This document shows positions 52,401 to 64,000 of a DNA stretch of 64,000 bases, in pieces. The position numbers and the translations under genes are program-made. The notes below the pieces were generated by a model that saw only the letters and a program-made list of their open reading frames with translations, was not told where the DNA came from and ran no database searches. Positions within the stretch are counted from its first letter, which is position 1. Every line of letters begins with the position of its first letter. The DNA is from Lytechinus pictus (Eukaryota), in assembly GCF_037042905.1 (NCBI RefSeq), contig NC_087251.1:14076001-14140000 (forward strand), given 5' to 3'.

Positions 52401-55400
52401 GTGTCAATATTTTATTTATAACTAACATGTGAAACACAAACACAAGCCTTTACATCATTATAATCTATGTATTTTAAACCTTACGCTCTTTTTGTATATT
52501 GACCATTTATTGTTAGAGTAATTTTTATCAGTTTGTTTTACAGATATTTCATTTTGAATAGACACTCAAAAATGATAAGATGGAAAACAAACAAATGGAC
52601 AACACTCATTTTGCTTTGTGTCTCATGAATTGGACATTTATGATGTTCATGGTTTGGATAGATTAATTGTAAGATAGCAAAGCTATTACACAGAACCTGG
52701 CAAAAAGTTGATATTTAATTTTTTTGGGCTACTTTTCACAATTTACTACCTGATTTTGCCAAATTGGATAAGTATTGACATTGCAACAAAATGGGGAGTT
52801 TCAAGGGCTCCTCTTTTTGAGTTTCTAGGGCTGTCTGAGCATTTTGGGGCTAAATCGCCCCAGTCCCCCATATAATTTTTTCTTCTGCTCAGAACCCTCA
52901 CATTTTAAGAATTCAGGATGTCATTCTGAAGGAAAGAGGAAAAAAGCTGCTTGAAACACTAAACAGAGGCATTCTGTTTAATTCTGAAAATGGATTTTCA
53001 GGCTTTTCAGCTTTGAATTTGTGTATTGTATTTGACTTCCGACGATATTAAAAAGCCATTGTGTAATAACGAATTTGAGCAGGTCTGCAACAAGCATGCG
53101 GATAACTCACACCTTCCGCTTCAGTGCTCGGAAAAATGCAAACTGGAGAAAAATTGTTGTAGATCTCTGTGCACTAATGAGGTGTCACAAGTGTAATTGA
53201 TTTTTGCCAATTTGCTTCAAAAGTATAATTATTGTAGACAATTATAGATCAGCCCAGTCTCATAGTAAAATTAGAAGGTCAAATTGATGCTTAGCGCCTC
53301 GGTATTGATTCCCAGGGCGGTAGGAAGACATTCATTGAAGTATGGAGCAGCTGATGTACCAAATAATACGACTCAGAAAGCCAAACCTGTCATATTATGA
53401 AGGCACTCATCATGGCTTGGGTAGTTCTACAAGCTCAGCTTTGTATAACTGCATTTCCTTATTACTAAATACTAAATGGATGGGGAAAAAAAGCTTCTAA
53501 TGAGTAGGGGGGGGGGGGGGGACAAAATTCCCTAATGGGTAGAATAACATCCTTAATGGCTGAAAGGCATCTTGGAAGTCTTGATTTTATGTGTTTTCAG
53601 ATGGGATGTGGAATGTCATTAAGTAATCCTTGCCCTTCATGAGTTGCTAATTTGTCAATTTCATGTCATCCCTATACTGTATGATGCGTATGTCAGGCAA
53701 ATGATTTTTTTTCTCAGTTTTTGTACAATAAATCTTTCGATCTTGAAATGAAAGGGAGAAAAAAGCCTATCACATCAGAGCAAACAATATAGTGGTAATT
53801 AACATAGTTCTACAGACATGGTTGGTTTATCAAGTAAACTTGTAACCGCTTAGAAATTATGAATGATTATTCATATGCATCCATTTTGAAAGAGTGATCA
53901 TTGTAAATCAATACAGGTAATAAGAAGCATGTGTGTTATTTCCCTCAAGCTTCCGTTGGTATTTTTTCTTCAAAATATGAACCATCCGAAACCTTGTCCA
54001 CCATGACATAGCAAATTGTCCTTTGATGATATTCATTAGGTATGAGAGTCAGAAGGGAGTAACTCATATGCCCCAACTTAATGGTAACAGCCTTATGCCT
54101 CTCACAAGGTGGTGCACCCAGGCAACTAATGACATGTTGAAGCGATTTATTTAATCACTGACCGGCTACCCATAAAATCCCTCTTTTTTATCCGGAGTTT
54201 GGCAATTTGGCCATTGGCCATAGAAAAGTACTCCTTAAAGATCAACCAGCTTGTACATGGATAATGGTAATTAGACTCTTTAATGCATATTTGGATCTGT
54301 TAATCCATCTTTTTGTCATTAATTCTCCATCACCAATTTACATGTAGATGTTGAGGATGATCACTAATTTTTTTAAACTGGAAAGTTAAAAAAACAAACC
54401 ATAAGTTTTGCTTTTAAGAAGGGAATCCTAAATTTCACTGAGATGCACAGCTGTTGTGTGCCATTCTGCTATAACAGCAATATATTTTTTTTCAGAAAAT
54501 ATAATCAGATAAAAAATGAAGCCTATTTTTAAAGTAATTGCTCTCAGCATATGATGATAGTCCCTCCATCGAATGCTATATTGTTTTGGGGGGAATTAGA
54601 AATAGGATATCTGTTGACTCAAATATTCCAGCTTTTACATCAGAGGAAGATTCAACTCTTATTTGATTTTCTTTGTATGTAGTGGAATTATGTTGCTTGC
54701 CAGACAGTGAAAGATGTTTCTGTGTCTGAATTTAGGCCAATTCCTCAGAGGATTGTGAAAGCAAGTAACTTTTTGAAACGTCGCTTGTGAATTTGATTTA
54801 TGTCCAGGGAATTGATTAAAGAAATTTGAACATCTTGCCAGCTACATTTTGAGATGGATTTTCATGTGTATCAATAACAAAGAATGAACAATTCTCTTTC
54901 CAAGTTTAGTTCAGTTTCAATTTTTTTTTGAAGGGGAGGGGGGTTTGGTGTATTATAAGGTGAGTTGTTTTAAAGAATTTGTTGGAATTGCATCTTCATA
55001 TATTGTTCTTTCTCTTGAATTTTATAAGCACAAGCATGAATTGAAAACAATTCGAATAGCCCTAGTTGCCTTTTATTCATCTACTATAAATATGGCTAGA
55101 TATCCAATTATTCTTCACTGAAAAATGATGTGACAGGGAAGAGATTTTATTTTTGAAAATACTCTTTCTAAAACATCTAAATATCTTTTCCTTAGTATTA
55201 AGATGAAAGCCACAAAAAAAAAGAAATTTGTTACAATATACAATGAAAATGTTGATAGAATAGGCTTGATTTTTTTTTTTTTTTGGGGGGGGGGGGTTAG
55301 GGTCAATCTTAACCCCAACACCCACTTTTTTTTGGGGTAAAAATATTTGTTCATTAGGCTTACTGTCCACAATAGTCACATCATGATACAAATGCCTGTA

Positions 55401-56267
55401 AAAGATTCATGATGTGCCGGCACAGGCAGATTGAAAACCTTAATTGTTAGTGTTTACAGACAAGGGAAAGAGCAAGCAAGTATACTCAGATCAATTATTA
55501 ATATCACTCTGTCAACAAGTTTTAAGAACAACACCAGACAGTGTTCTGAGAGGTCCACTTCCTCAGAGTATTAAAACACCAAACAGGTTGTGTTGTGCTA
55601 TAGAAATGGGATATCCAATGGGATAGAAATACATTCTGTGTTCCTGTAGTGTCAATTTTTCAGACAATGACCCTTTCACAAGACATAATAAGATTTGAAA
55701 TGCTTTTATCAACCTTGCTATTAAAATGTTGTAGTTCCCATTAAAATCTATGCTAAATGTCTTTACTCCCTCAAGGAAAAGAAAGCTTTGACTGTATAAG
55801 TATGCAGTGCAGCATTGCAAACCAGAGAAAAACCTTGCATTGTTATTGCTATCTAGAGTAGATATGGAAACATCCTCTATTTTTAGGTCAGGTTGTTTAT
55901 CAAGAACATCTGGGGCCTGTAACATCGGACATCATGATTATGTGAGGCTAAACTATATGATTGATGTCATTGATTATTGTGTGTGATCAGTCGTAAAATT
56001 GAACCTCACAATCAATTGCTAAGATTTTTTTCTAGGGCCCTGCTTGTATTTCTGATCATTGAAAATAAAAACTTCATGAGTGTAATATTCGGTTGACCCA
56101 CCATAGTTTTTATTTAGCATCACCATCCCTGTTCTAACATATTTCATATGCTTATAAGTTTCCCTAATAATCTAATTTGTGATCAATGATGACTGGAGAG
56201 AAGAGGGTTTATCTCTTTCTAGAAGCGAAAAAACAGTTGGGTCCTCTAACTTTCAAACACACATCTA

Positions 56268-56301
<34 letters not shown>

Positions 56302-57418
56302 CCAGCAATGCACTTTGGGGAGAAGGAGATATGGCAAAGATATTTCAGAGATTTAATTGGCAATTATTGCAGCATTTACACAAGAAGTGTTGACTTGACT
56401 GTGTCTGTTGTGCCTGGGGTTGGGGTGGTTATTATTATGCTCATCAGCTCTTGTTTGAGCCATGAAACATGTGTTTGGAAGTCAGGTATGACATGCCTCC
56501 CCTGCATGTGTCGGGTAGTCCCAAAGTCACCACCACAATGTTAACTCCTCCTTAATTCAGTCACATTCACATTTATAATCAAAATTTCTGCTTTTGGATT
56601 AATGCCCTAGAGCAGTCTCAAAATGTACTAGAGGAAATACATGCATTTGATGGGGCTAAAAATATGCTCACAGGTGCAATACACTGATTTTGTTTCATTG
56701 TTCATGCTAATAGGCATCGGGTCATTATAAAACCAGAGGATTGTTGGATGTTATTATTTTTAAGAATAAAATGGAAGTGTAAGTAGACTAAAGATAGATG
56801 ATGCTTATTAACGATAAGGATCTATTTGCAATGTCCATACCAATATGACCTTCATGTTGGATATTACCCTCCTGGAATTTGATATTTTTGGGGGAAAACA
56901 GATCTTATCATAGATCTTCAAACCATGTTATGTTACAACAGAAGATAAAGAGTCTGTTGTACGATCTCTCTCAGAGCAATCACTTCAAATTTGATGAGCG
57001 AATGGGAAAAACAACAGACTTTGTTTATCTTTCAAGCTGATACTCTGGTCTGGACGTTAAACTAAAGTGCAATTGTGGATTCCTAGCTTCAGTTTGTACC
57101 TACATGTATTATTGACTGTCAGGTTTGGAAGCATTTTCTGAAGTCGTCCACTGTTGGATAAATAAGCTATTTGGTGGTAAATCGACTTGATCATTCATTT
57201 TTTCTCCTGAATCTTAAATGGCTCATAATGCAATGGCTTCACTGTAATGTTCACATACACACATGATTACAAGATGCTGGATAGCTGGTACACTGATTTA
57301 CAGTCTATTACCTACATAGGCATAGGCTCGTCATTAAAACCACAATGTTAGAATATATAATCTCATTACAAACTAAAATCAGCAACAGTACTTTGTGTTG
57401 CTATACTACTGTTATTAA

Positions 57419-57950
57419 AGAGATGCTCCGGTCTTAAAATATCTATATCTATCAAATAGAGTAAAATTCACAGAGCAAAATGCTGAAAATTTCATCAAAA
57501 TCAGATAACAAATAAAGTTATTGAATTTTAAAGTTTAGCAATAATTTGTGAAAATAGTTATATGCACATCATCATGAATATTCATTAGTTGGGCTGATGG
57601 TATCACATCCCCACTTTCCTTTTTTTTAATTTTATAACATAAAATCATTATTAGTACATTTTTTCATACATATGTGAATAATGTGTCTCCTTTATAATGA
57701 AATAAGTTGCAGCAATGAATGTCTAATTCACTTAATAAGTTGTCAATATCCAATTTTTTTTCAGTTCTTGGTAATTTTGAATAAACCTTATTTCATACAA
57801 TATAATACAAAAGAACAAGTGGGGATATGACATCATCAGTTGCTCATTGAATATTCATGAAGACATGCCTAGAACTGTTTCACCGGAATAATGCAAATCT
57901 TTTAAACGCCATAACATTTCATAACATTATTTTCAGCCCAGAGTACCCCT
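57419..57950. mobile_element. Kolobok-like MITE (internal deletion in right arm)
   Basis: TTAA|AGAGATGCTCCGG ... CAGCCCAGAGTACCCCT|TTAA; shares aatagagtaaaattcacagagcaaaatgctgaaaattt with the 37775 copy. Confidence 0.8.
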
Positions 57951-58663
57951 TTAAAGTTGAAGGCTGTTCTCAAGACTTATATCCCCTGCACTCTCGAACA
58001 CTGCCTCTTCTTGAATACAGATAGATCTCATCTGCATGTATCATTTGTATGTACATACATTTCGATACATTGGCATACCAAATTGCACCTTTCCTTTTCA
58101 AAAGCACTTCGTCTTTAAGTTCTATTTATAAAAGTGATGAAGTATATATCCATTCACTACCAATCAGTTTTTGTTGTATACAGACACGATGACTAATCAG
58201 CGGAATGAGTGTGGGACTATGCCTTTAATAAGTTTCATTTGACTGACTGAAGTGTACATTTCAATTCAATGGTTCTTCATGAAATTATCATTTAATCCTG
58301 CTTTAATAATCATAATTCTTGAAAGGGTTAATTCATCTGTCAATAATTTCTCGTTTTGTGTACATTTCTGTACAATTTACTTTAAAGCTTGAATACTATC
58401 TATGGCTTCCCTTTAGAGTCCATCATAGATAAATATTCAGGCTCAACATTAAGCTTACTTACATGTATTGCGTTGTAGCTTCTTTTAAATTATTTTAGTA
58501 TGGTGTTCACACCGTGAAGCCTATTTTGTTAATGATTTTATGTGACATATATTAATTTCAGATATTATCATTAACCAGTGATGATCAGTAACCCGTCTTT
58601 GTCTTTTGCACATTATTGCCAATTAGGGTTGATTGCATTGTGTGATCTGTAAATGTCATTCAG

Positions 58664-58812
58664 GGGAGCATTTCATGAAAGGACTTGTCGGACGTCTTAT
58701 CCGACAAGTCGTGTTTTATCAGACAGTTACCATAGGAACAGTGCATCTTAGCCAATCAAAATCAAGGAAAGATGTCAGATCTGTCGACCAAAATTGTTGA
58801 TGAAATGCTCCC
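58664..58812. mobile_element. 149-bp MITE with CAG TSD (Harbinger-like); relatives near 3130-3245, 31490-31625, 48545-48670
   Basis: CAG|GGGAGCATTTCAT ... ATGAAATGCTCCC|CAG. Confidence 0.8.
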
Positions 58813-59974
58813 CAGATGTGCTACCTATTACTCTTCTCATCAACAGCTTTATGACAATGCACACAAAGTTTGTCATGGTATTTTAGATTACATACAGTAT
58901 CTTCATATCTAAATTAGATGTACTCTTCTCTTTCCAAAGGAAATAATAGAAATTTGTTTAGATTAGGGGGGTGGGTTGCTGAAAATGCCCTGTAAAGTAT
59001 GCTTTTTACAGATACACGTACATGTAGAGCACTGATTTTGCTTTTGGACTTGAATTAAATTTTATTAATCTAAATGATCAAATTTTACGAGGAATACTTT
59101 GTGATTGTGAAGTTGGATTTTAATGACCTATCTTAATGTTTAAACTAACCATATGTTTAATATACACCTAGTTTCATAATAGTGAGGTGACCATTTCATT
59201 GTGTTGTGTATCAGAAAACTGCACAGATAGTGCTATTCATGTAGATATTAGCCCTATACTATCAGGGGCCCAAGGCTTACCCATATTTTCCGAGTATCAA
59301 CACTAACGGTGATGAAAATATCATTCTCAATCAACATTTTTAGTGATTAAATATTTCATTTTCATGCCAAGATCTCCCGAGGTAGGAATTAGATTCTTGC
59401 ATTACATGTGTAATGTCATACATTGAGTGGAATAAATTGATCCTTCATCACCCCTGGCGATGATCGTGTTCTCTTATCATCTCATTGCGGTGGACAACCA
59501 ACCAAGTTAAATTCTCGTTCCACTCTTCTCACTCCCTCTCTTCCCTCCCACAGAACAAATGGGTCATCCAATTTGCCCCAGTGGAAAGTAGGTCTTACAC
59601 GATAATGTTTGTACATGTCCCCAATGTACTTCTCGCTTTAGGGAGGTGCAGTCGGAATGCACTGTTCTTCGGGGAATAACAGCACCTCATAATTAATACC
59701 GCCATGAGGTTTAGGTTTTAAGTGAAACCACCCTTTCTATCCCTTGATTTGCCACGAAGGCTTGAAAAACAATAAAGCATGATTATGGATGGTAAAATAT
59801 TATACTGCGCATTATGTCACACATGATCACTACCTTTAACAATCCTTTTAGATAATTTCAATTTAATCATTTTTTGTTATTTTTTGTTGAGTGGTAAAAG
59901 ATATCAACAGAACTGATTAGCTTCATGGTAATGTTATCACAAAACCCCTTTGTGTACATTATTCCAACCACTTA

Positions 59975-60137
59975 TACACTTCATTCACATTTCCCCTGCA
60001 GTGGCCGTACAGCGAGCCGAAAACAGCTGTTTTATTCATTTTTATTCAAACCACCTGTATGTAGCTCGTAAAAAATGTTAAAAATTGCTGTTTTCGACTC
60101 GCTGTACGGCCGCCGCAGGAGAAATGGGACTGAGGTA
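59975..60137. mobile_element. Diverged copy of the 160-bp palindromic MITE
   Basis: Shares gttttattcatttttattcaaaccacct with 19329-19489; TTA on both flanks. Confidence 0.75.
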
Positions 60138-63100
60138 TTATGAACATTCAAGCTCCTTTCAAACGTTTTTATCAAAATCATGATTATTTCATACTATTAC
60201 TACTATCTATATCATCATTGCTATAAAATTAATTGAAGTTAAAAGTGCTCAATTGTTATCATGCAGCATTCCCCCATTTCCATAGGGAATAACTTTAGCA
60301 CCTTTTGAATTCATCTGGCAACACTTGTACAAAATATGTTATAAAATATCTTGTTAAAAGGCTTCTATGAATTTAACATTCTCAATGCTCATCAATGCAA
60401 AAACTTTCTGTGGGTTCATGATATACAATGTACATTGATAAACCAAGACTTTCATCCTAGGAGCTAGACTAGTGAGAAACAATCCTTGCTAATGAAAGCA
60501 AAATAAAAGCTGACATGATCTTTCAGTAGCAGAGGAGAAGGAAGACTACCTTTGCTTGGAAGAGGGTGGTGCAATTGAGCATACTCATGTTCTTATTCAA
60601 GTTTGATGTCGGAGCAGGAATCACGATGCCTTCCATAGCTTTAACACTGAACATGGGTTTGTGATTAAAATGATACATAATTGATAATACCACTGTGTGT
60701 AGATTTAGCACTAGAATAAACTTTTTTTGTCTGGATATATTGGTTGAGTTCTTCATGGTTATCTTATTTCCATCGAAGATTTGTGTAAAATGATCTCATC
60801 TTGATGGAAAGGATATTATGGAAGAATCATGGGGTAGAGGTTCTGACTCTGCAAACAGAGAGGCCATTTGGAACAGAATGGGAAAAAAAACCTTCCTATA
60901 TCTATGGTAGCAGGAGCAGAGTGGACAAATATTAATAGGAAATTGATGCCATGAAAACTGAGCCATGTCTTTGAATTGGTGTCTTATGTAGATTCATTAA
61001 TTGATTTATCAGTGTAGTCTGGAAACCAGTCGATATTACTTTCTATAAGTCTGGAATTCAAACTGTTTCTTTAGACTTTCATAAAGATCAGTACAAATCA
61101 TTCAAGTTAGCAGTAGCCTTTGTATCAACACCAAAAGACTTTCTCTCGCATTTAACCAGAGTGAGGACAATTTATGTCTTTAAGATGAAACCAATATCTA
61201 GGAGAAAATGATAAATGTGTCTTGAGGTACAGCAATATTTCCTCAAAATTAAAGTCACTCCCCGCGTCAAAGTGATCTGTGTCACTTATTTAGAACCAAA
61301 TTGCAATTTGTTTTTTATAGGCCAAAGGTGTAGATTTCAGGGATAGTTAGCTTGGTCTTTGAGCATCTACTTTCAATCCCCAAGAAAATTGCACCAATGA
61401 GTATACATGTAGTACACCGAGAAAGCTATTGCCTTTTTAATGATGCTTTGCTGGTATGCATAGCATTTTAATCAAGGATTTGGCCAGTTACAGACCAAGC
61501 AGGTCAGATTACAATAACAATACATTTGCTTTGTATTTTAGTTGATACTGAATTACTTCAGTACACATATCATTTTACAATTGATAAAGAGATATTGACA
61601 TTTATATATTTCAAATTGATTTTCAAAGAAGAGATAGCGGCACTTCTGTGTTTGGAGCTGCTCTTTTCTTCTACCTCTCTGTGGCAAGCACACTTGAAAG
61701 ATGATAGTTTTACATCCCTCCATTCATTTAAAGTTGCATTAAAAATGCAGCTCCATGAATAGTTGTTATTGTCTTTTTTTACTTATTTACATGTACTTCT
61801 CCAATATCACTGGAAATGTATCGTTGTCTTTCATAGATTATTATTTATCACTTATTTTCACAAGTGAATATTATTGGGGTGCCTTGTTTACTTTATCTGT
61901 TGAATAAAAAGAGTTTGTGAACCTAAAAGTGGACAGTGCATATAGCTTGCCCACCATCTATCTACACAAATATTGTTGGAGTCACGAATGGATAAAGTTT
62001 GAGTGGTTAGACGATTTTATTTGCATGAATGAGTCTTGCAGTCCTTTGCACCATATAAATGGGTAATTTCTGATATGAAAATGTCATGAGGAGTATTGAT
62101 ATTCCTTAGTTTCTACTCCAAAGACTATTGTGAAGAAATTTACTGTTGAACCTTTGAATATTGTGAAGGTCAAATGGATAAAATTGGCATTAATTATTTT
62201 CTAGCACTGTGTAAAATATCTTTATCAGAAAATATCAAATGACTTTAACTGTAACTATTGTGAAGCAAGAACTCAATAGTTTTATGAATATATATCTTTA
62301 TTATCCATTTAATTCGTTCTGGCTTCACTTTTTATGATGTTAGCCTCTAGTGTACATTTTAAATCTTATTCTTTATTTGAAGTCTTACATTTGTTAGACC
62401 TATAAATCATTTTTATCTATAATGGCATAATCATGTTATGATTAAGCTATAGTTCATAGATCATCTCTGATCTAATGCAATGTATAAGAATCATTTCATT
62501 TAGGATTAAGTAGCCATCAAAAGGTTTAATGTAATTGGCCAATTATATTTCATAATGTGTTCAAGCACTTAAGATTATCAGTATGAATTGTATATCAAAA
62601 TAAAAACATATTGTTAGGTTTCTGCAGCAGAGTTTAGGTGATTTTTTAATGAAAATTGAAATCTCCATTTCAAGATCTGCCACGTTGTTCCATGTACTTC
62701 ACATTTTGACCCAGGAAGTTTATTTGGCTAACTTGGAATGCCTGAACAGGCCACTATGATGACATAAGATCGTTATTGAGATGTTTTGTTGTGTTCAGAC
62801 AATTATCAGGGACCCTTCTTCCTTTTATGTTCCAAATTGCATTCTTTTCAGCATTTCATAATGATATGTTTATATTGGACATTGATTTAAAGAACAACAA
62901 AGTACTTTGCTTAAACAAAACCACAAACAACTTTGCAAATTGCAAGTAAAGGGTGAAAAATTATTGTTTGAATTTGAACTCATCCCTAGATGGGGATCAA
63001 AGCAATGGGCCGACTACTTTCCAACATGATCAAAGGTAGGGAACATCATACAGTGCAGATTTGACTCGTGAAGGGGCGGGCAGTCAAACAAAGACTCTGC

Positions 63101-63449
63101 TTGTATTTTAGGGATGACAGATTAGAAAGGGAATTGGAGAGATGGTTGGATAGAAGTCGGAGGAGGATAGTAGAATTTTTTGTGATGGAGAGGGGGGAAG
63201 GGGATGACAGAAGTAGGGCATGAAAGTGAGTGGTTATAGGGTGTAGGAGGATGGGGTTTTTAAGAGAGAAACTCAAGAGTCCATGGTTCGCCATAAAATC
63301 ATAGAGTTCAATGGTAAGATTGCCTCTTTTTTTACTATATGTTTAGTTCAAAACCTGGTTGCGCGCATGCAAAGCTTTTTGGTTGTGATCGTGAATAGTC
63401 ATAATCCAAATCTTGCAATAGGTGTGTTTGAATCATAGCTTTGCATAAC

Positions 63450-64000
63450 CAAGGCTCCACATTAACTTTTTTTGGTGGTGGCCCGTTCGGGCCACCAAAA
63501 CCTTCAAATAATTTTTTTTGGTGGCCCGATATTAAAGTTTGGTGGCCCGAAAAATATAAAAAAAAACATTAAAAATGAATAAATGGGTATAAATGGTTTA
63601 ACCACTGTCAAAAAAAATGAAAAAAAATAATAAAACGGCGGAAAAAAATAATAAAACGGCAAAAAAAGTGTGAGAAAATTCCTTCCCTAAATTTGCCAAA
63701 ATGTTGGAAAAATTTACATTTCATATGAATGAAATGCCTTCCCAAAGTATTTACTTTCTCAAGAGTTGTTTAAGAAATCATTTATAAACAAAAAAGAAAG
63801 TAACTGTCTGTTTACTTTTGGCTAGAAAAGACCGGAAAAGACACAGCTTCGAAAGAAACCAAGTAACAACATACATACAAATGCACATGTGGGACTGTGA
63901 TGTACTCACCTATGTGTTTTTATGTGTATTATTTTCATTTGGAAATCGGTCTTTTTTAGTCAAAAGAGAGGTCATGATTCCTCTTTTTAACGCTTGCAAA
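63450..64000. mobile_element. Left end of a probable hAT-like non-autonomous element running out of the window
   Basis: Starts caaggctccacattaac, followed by repeated subterminal ggtggcccg motifs in both orientations. Confidence 0.5.

Noticed and set aside
53305..53355. Possible next Sec23 exon (cag ggc ggt agg = QGGR)
   Set aside because: Flanking residues (DS-QGGR-KTFIEVWSS*) do not match Sec23, there is an in-frame stop, and there is no good acceptor.
63046..63294. 82-aa minus-strand ORF
   Set aside because: Purine-rich low-complexity sequence, at best a decayed LINE tail; too weak to call.

Overview
AT-rich, intron-containing animal genomic DNA. The repeat repertoire (Kolobok-, piggyBac- and Harbinger-like MITEs, tRNA-SINEs, poly-G/C tracts) suggests an echinoderm such as a sea urchin; this is an inference. 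The main gene is the COPII coat subunit Sec23 on the + strand: 11 coding exons from 21027 to 36997 (467 codons, all GT-AG, frame-consistent), with a probable non-coding first exon near 10200-10271. The remaining ~300 aa of Sec23 were not found in the following 27 kb. That stretch instead holds an antisense, two-exon, 411-aa rhodopsin-class orphan GPCR (GPR161-like; 49424-48680 + 44751-44261, minus strand). The putative Sec23 intron 1 is about 90% transposon DNA, including a nested stack in which every layer has intact termini and its own target-site duplication (3, 5 and 8 bp), plus an 870-bp near-perfect palindrome with a 9-bp TSD. The intron after coding exon 3 carries a young 3.86-kb foldback element (long near-identical arms, 31-bp satellite, 6-bp TSD) that fits no superfamily I can name. 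Ultra-short hairpin insertions (28 bp with 7-bp TSD; 49 bp with 9-bp TSD) are also present. A candidate signal-peptide exon of a divergent gene lies at 4068-3966. No transposase ORF, rRNA, true tRNA or CRISPR array was seen. Superfamily calls rest on termini and TSD length only.
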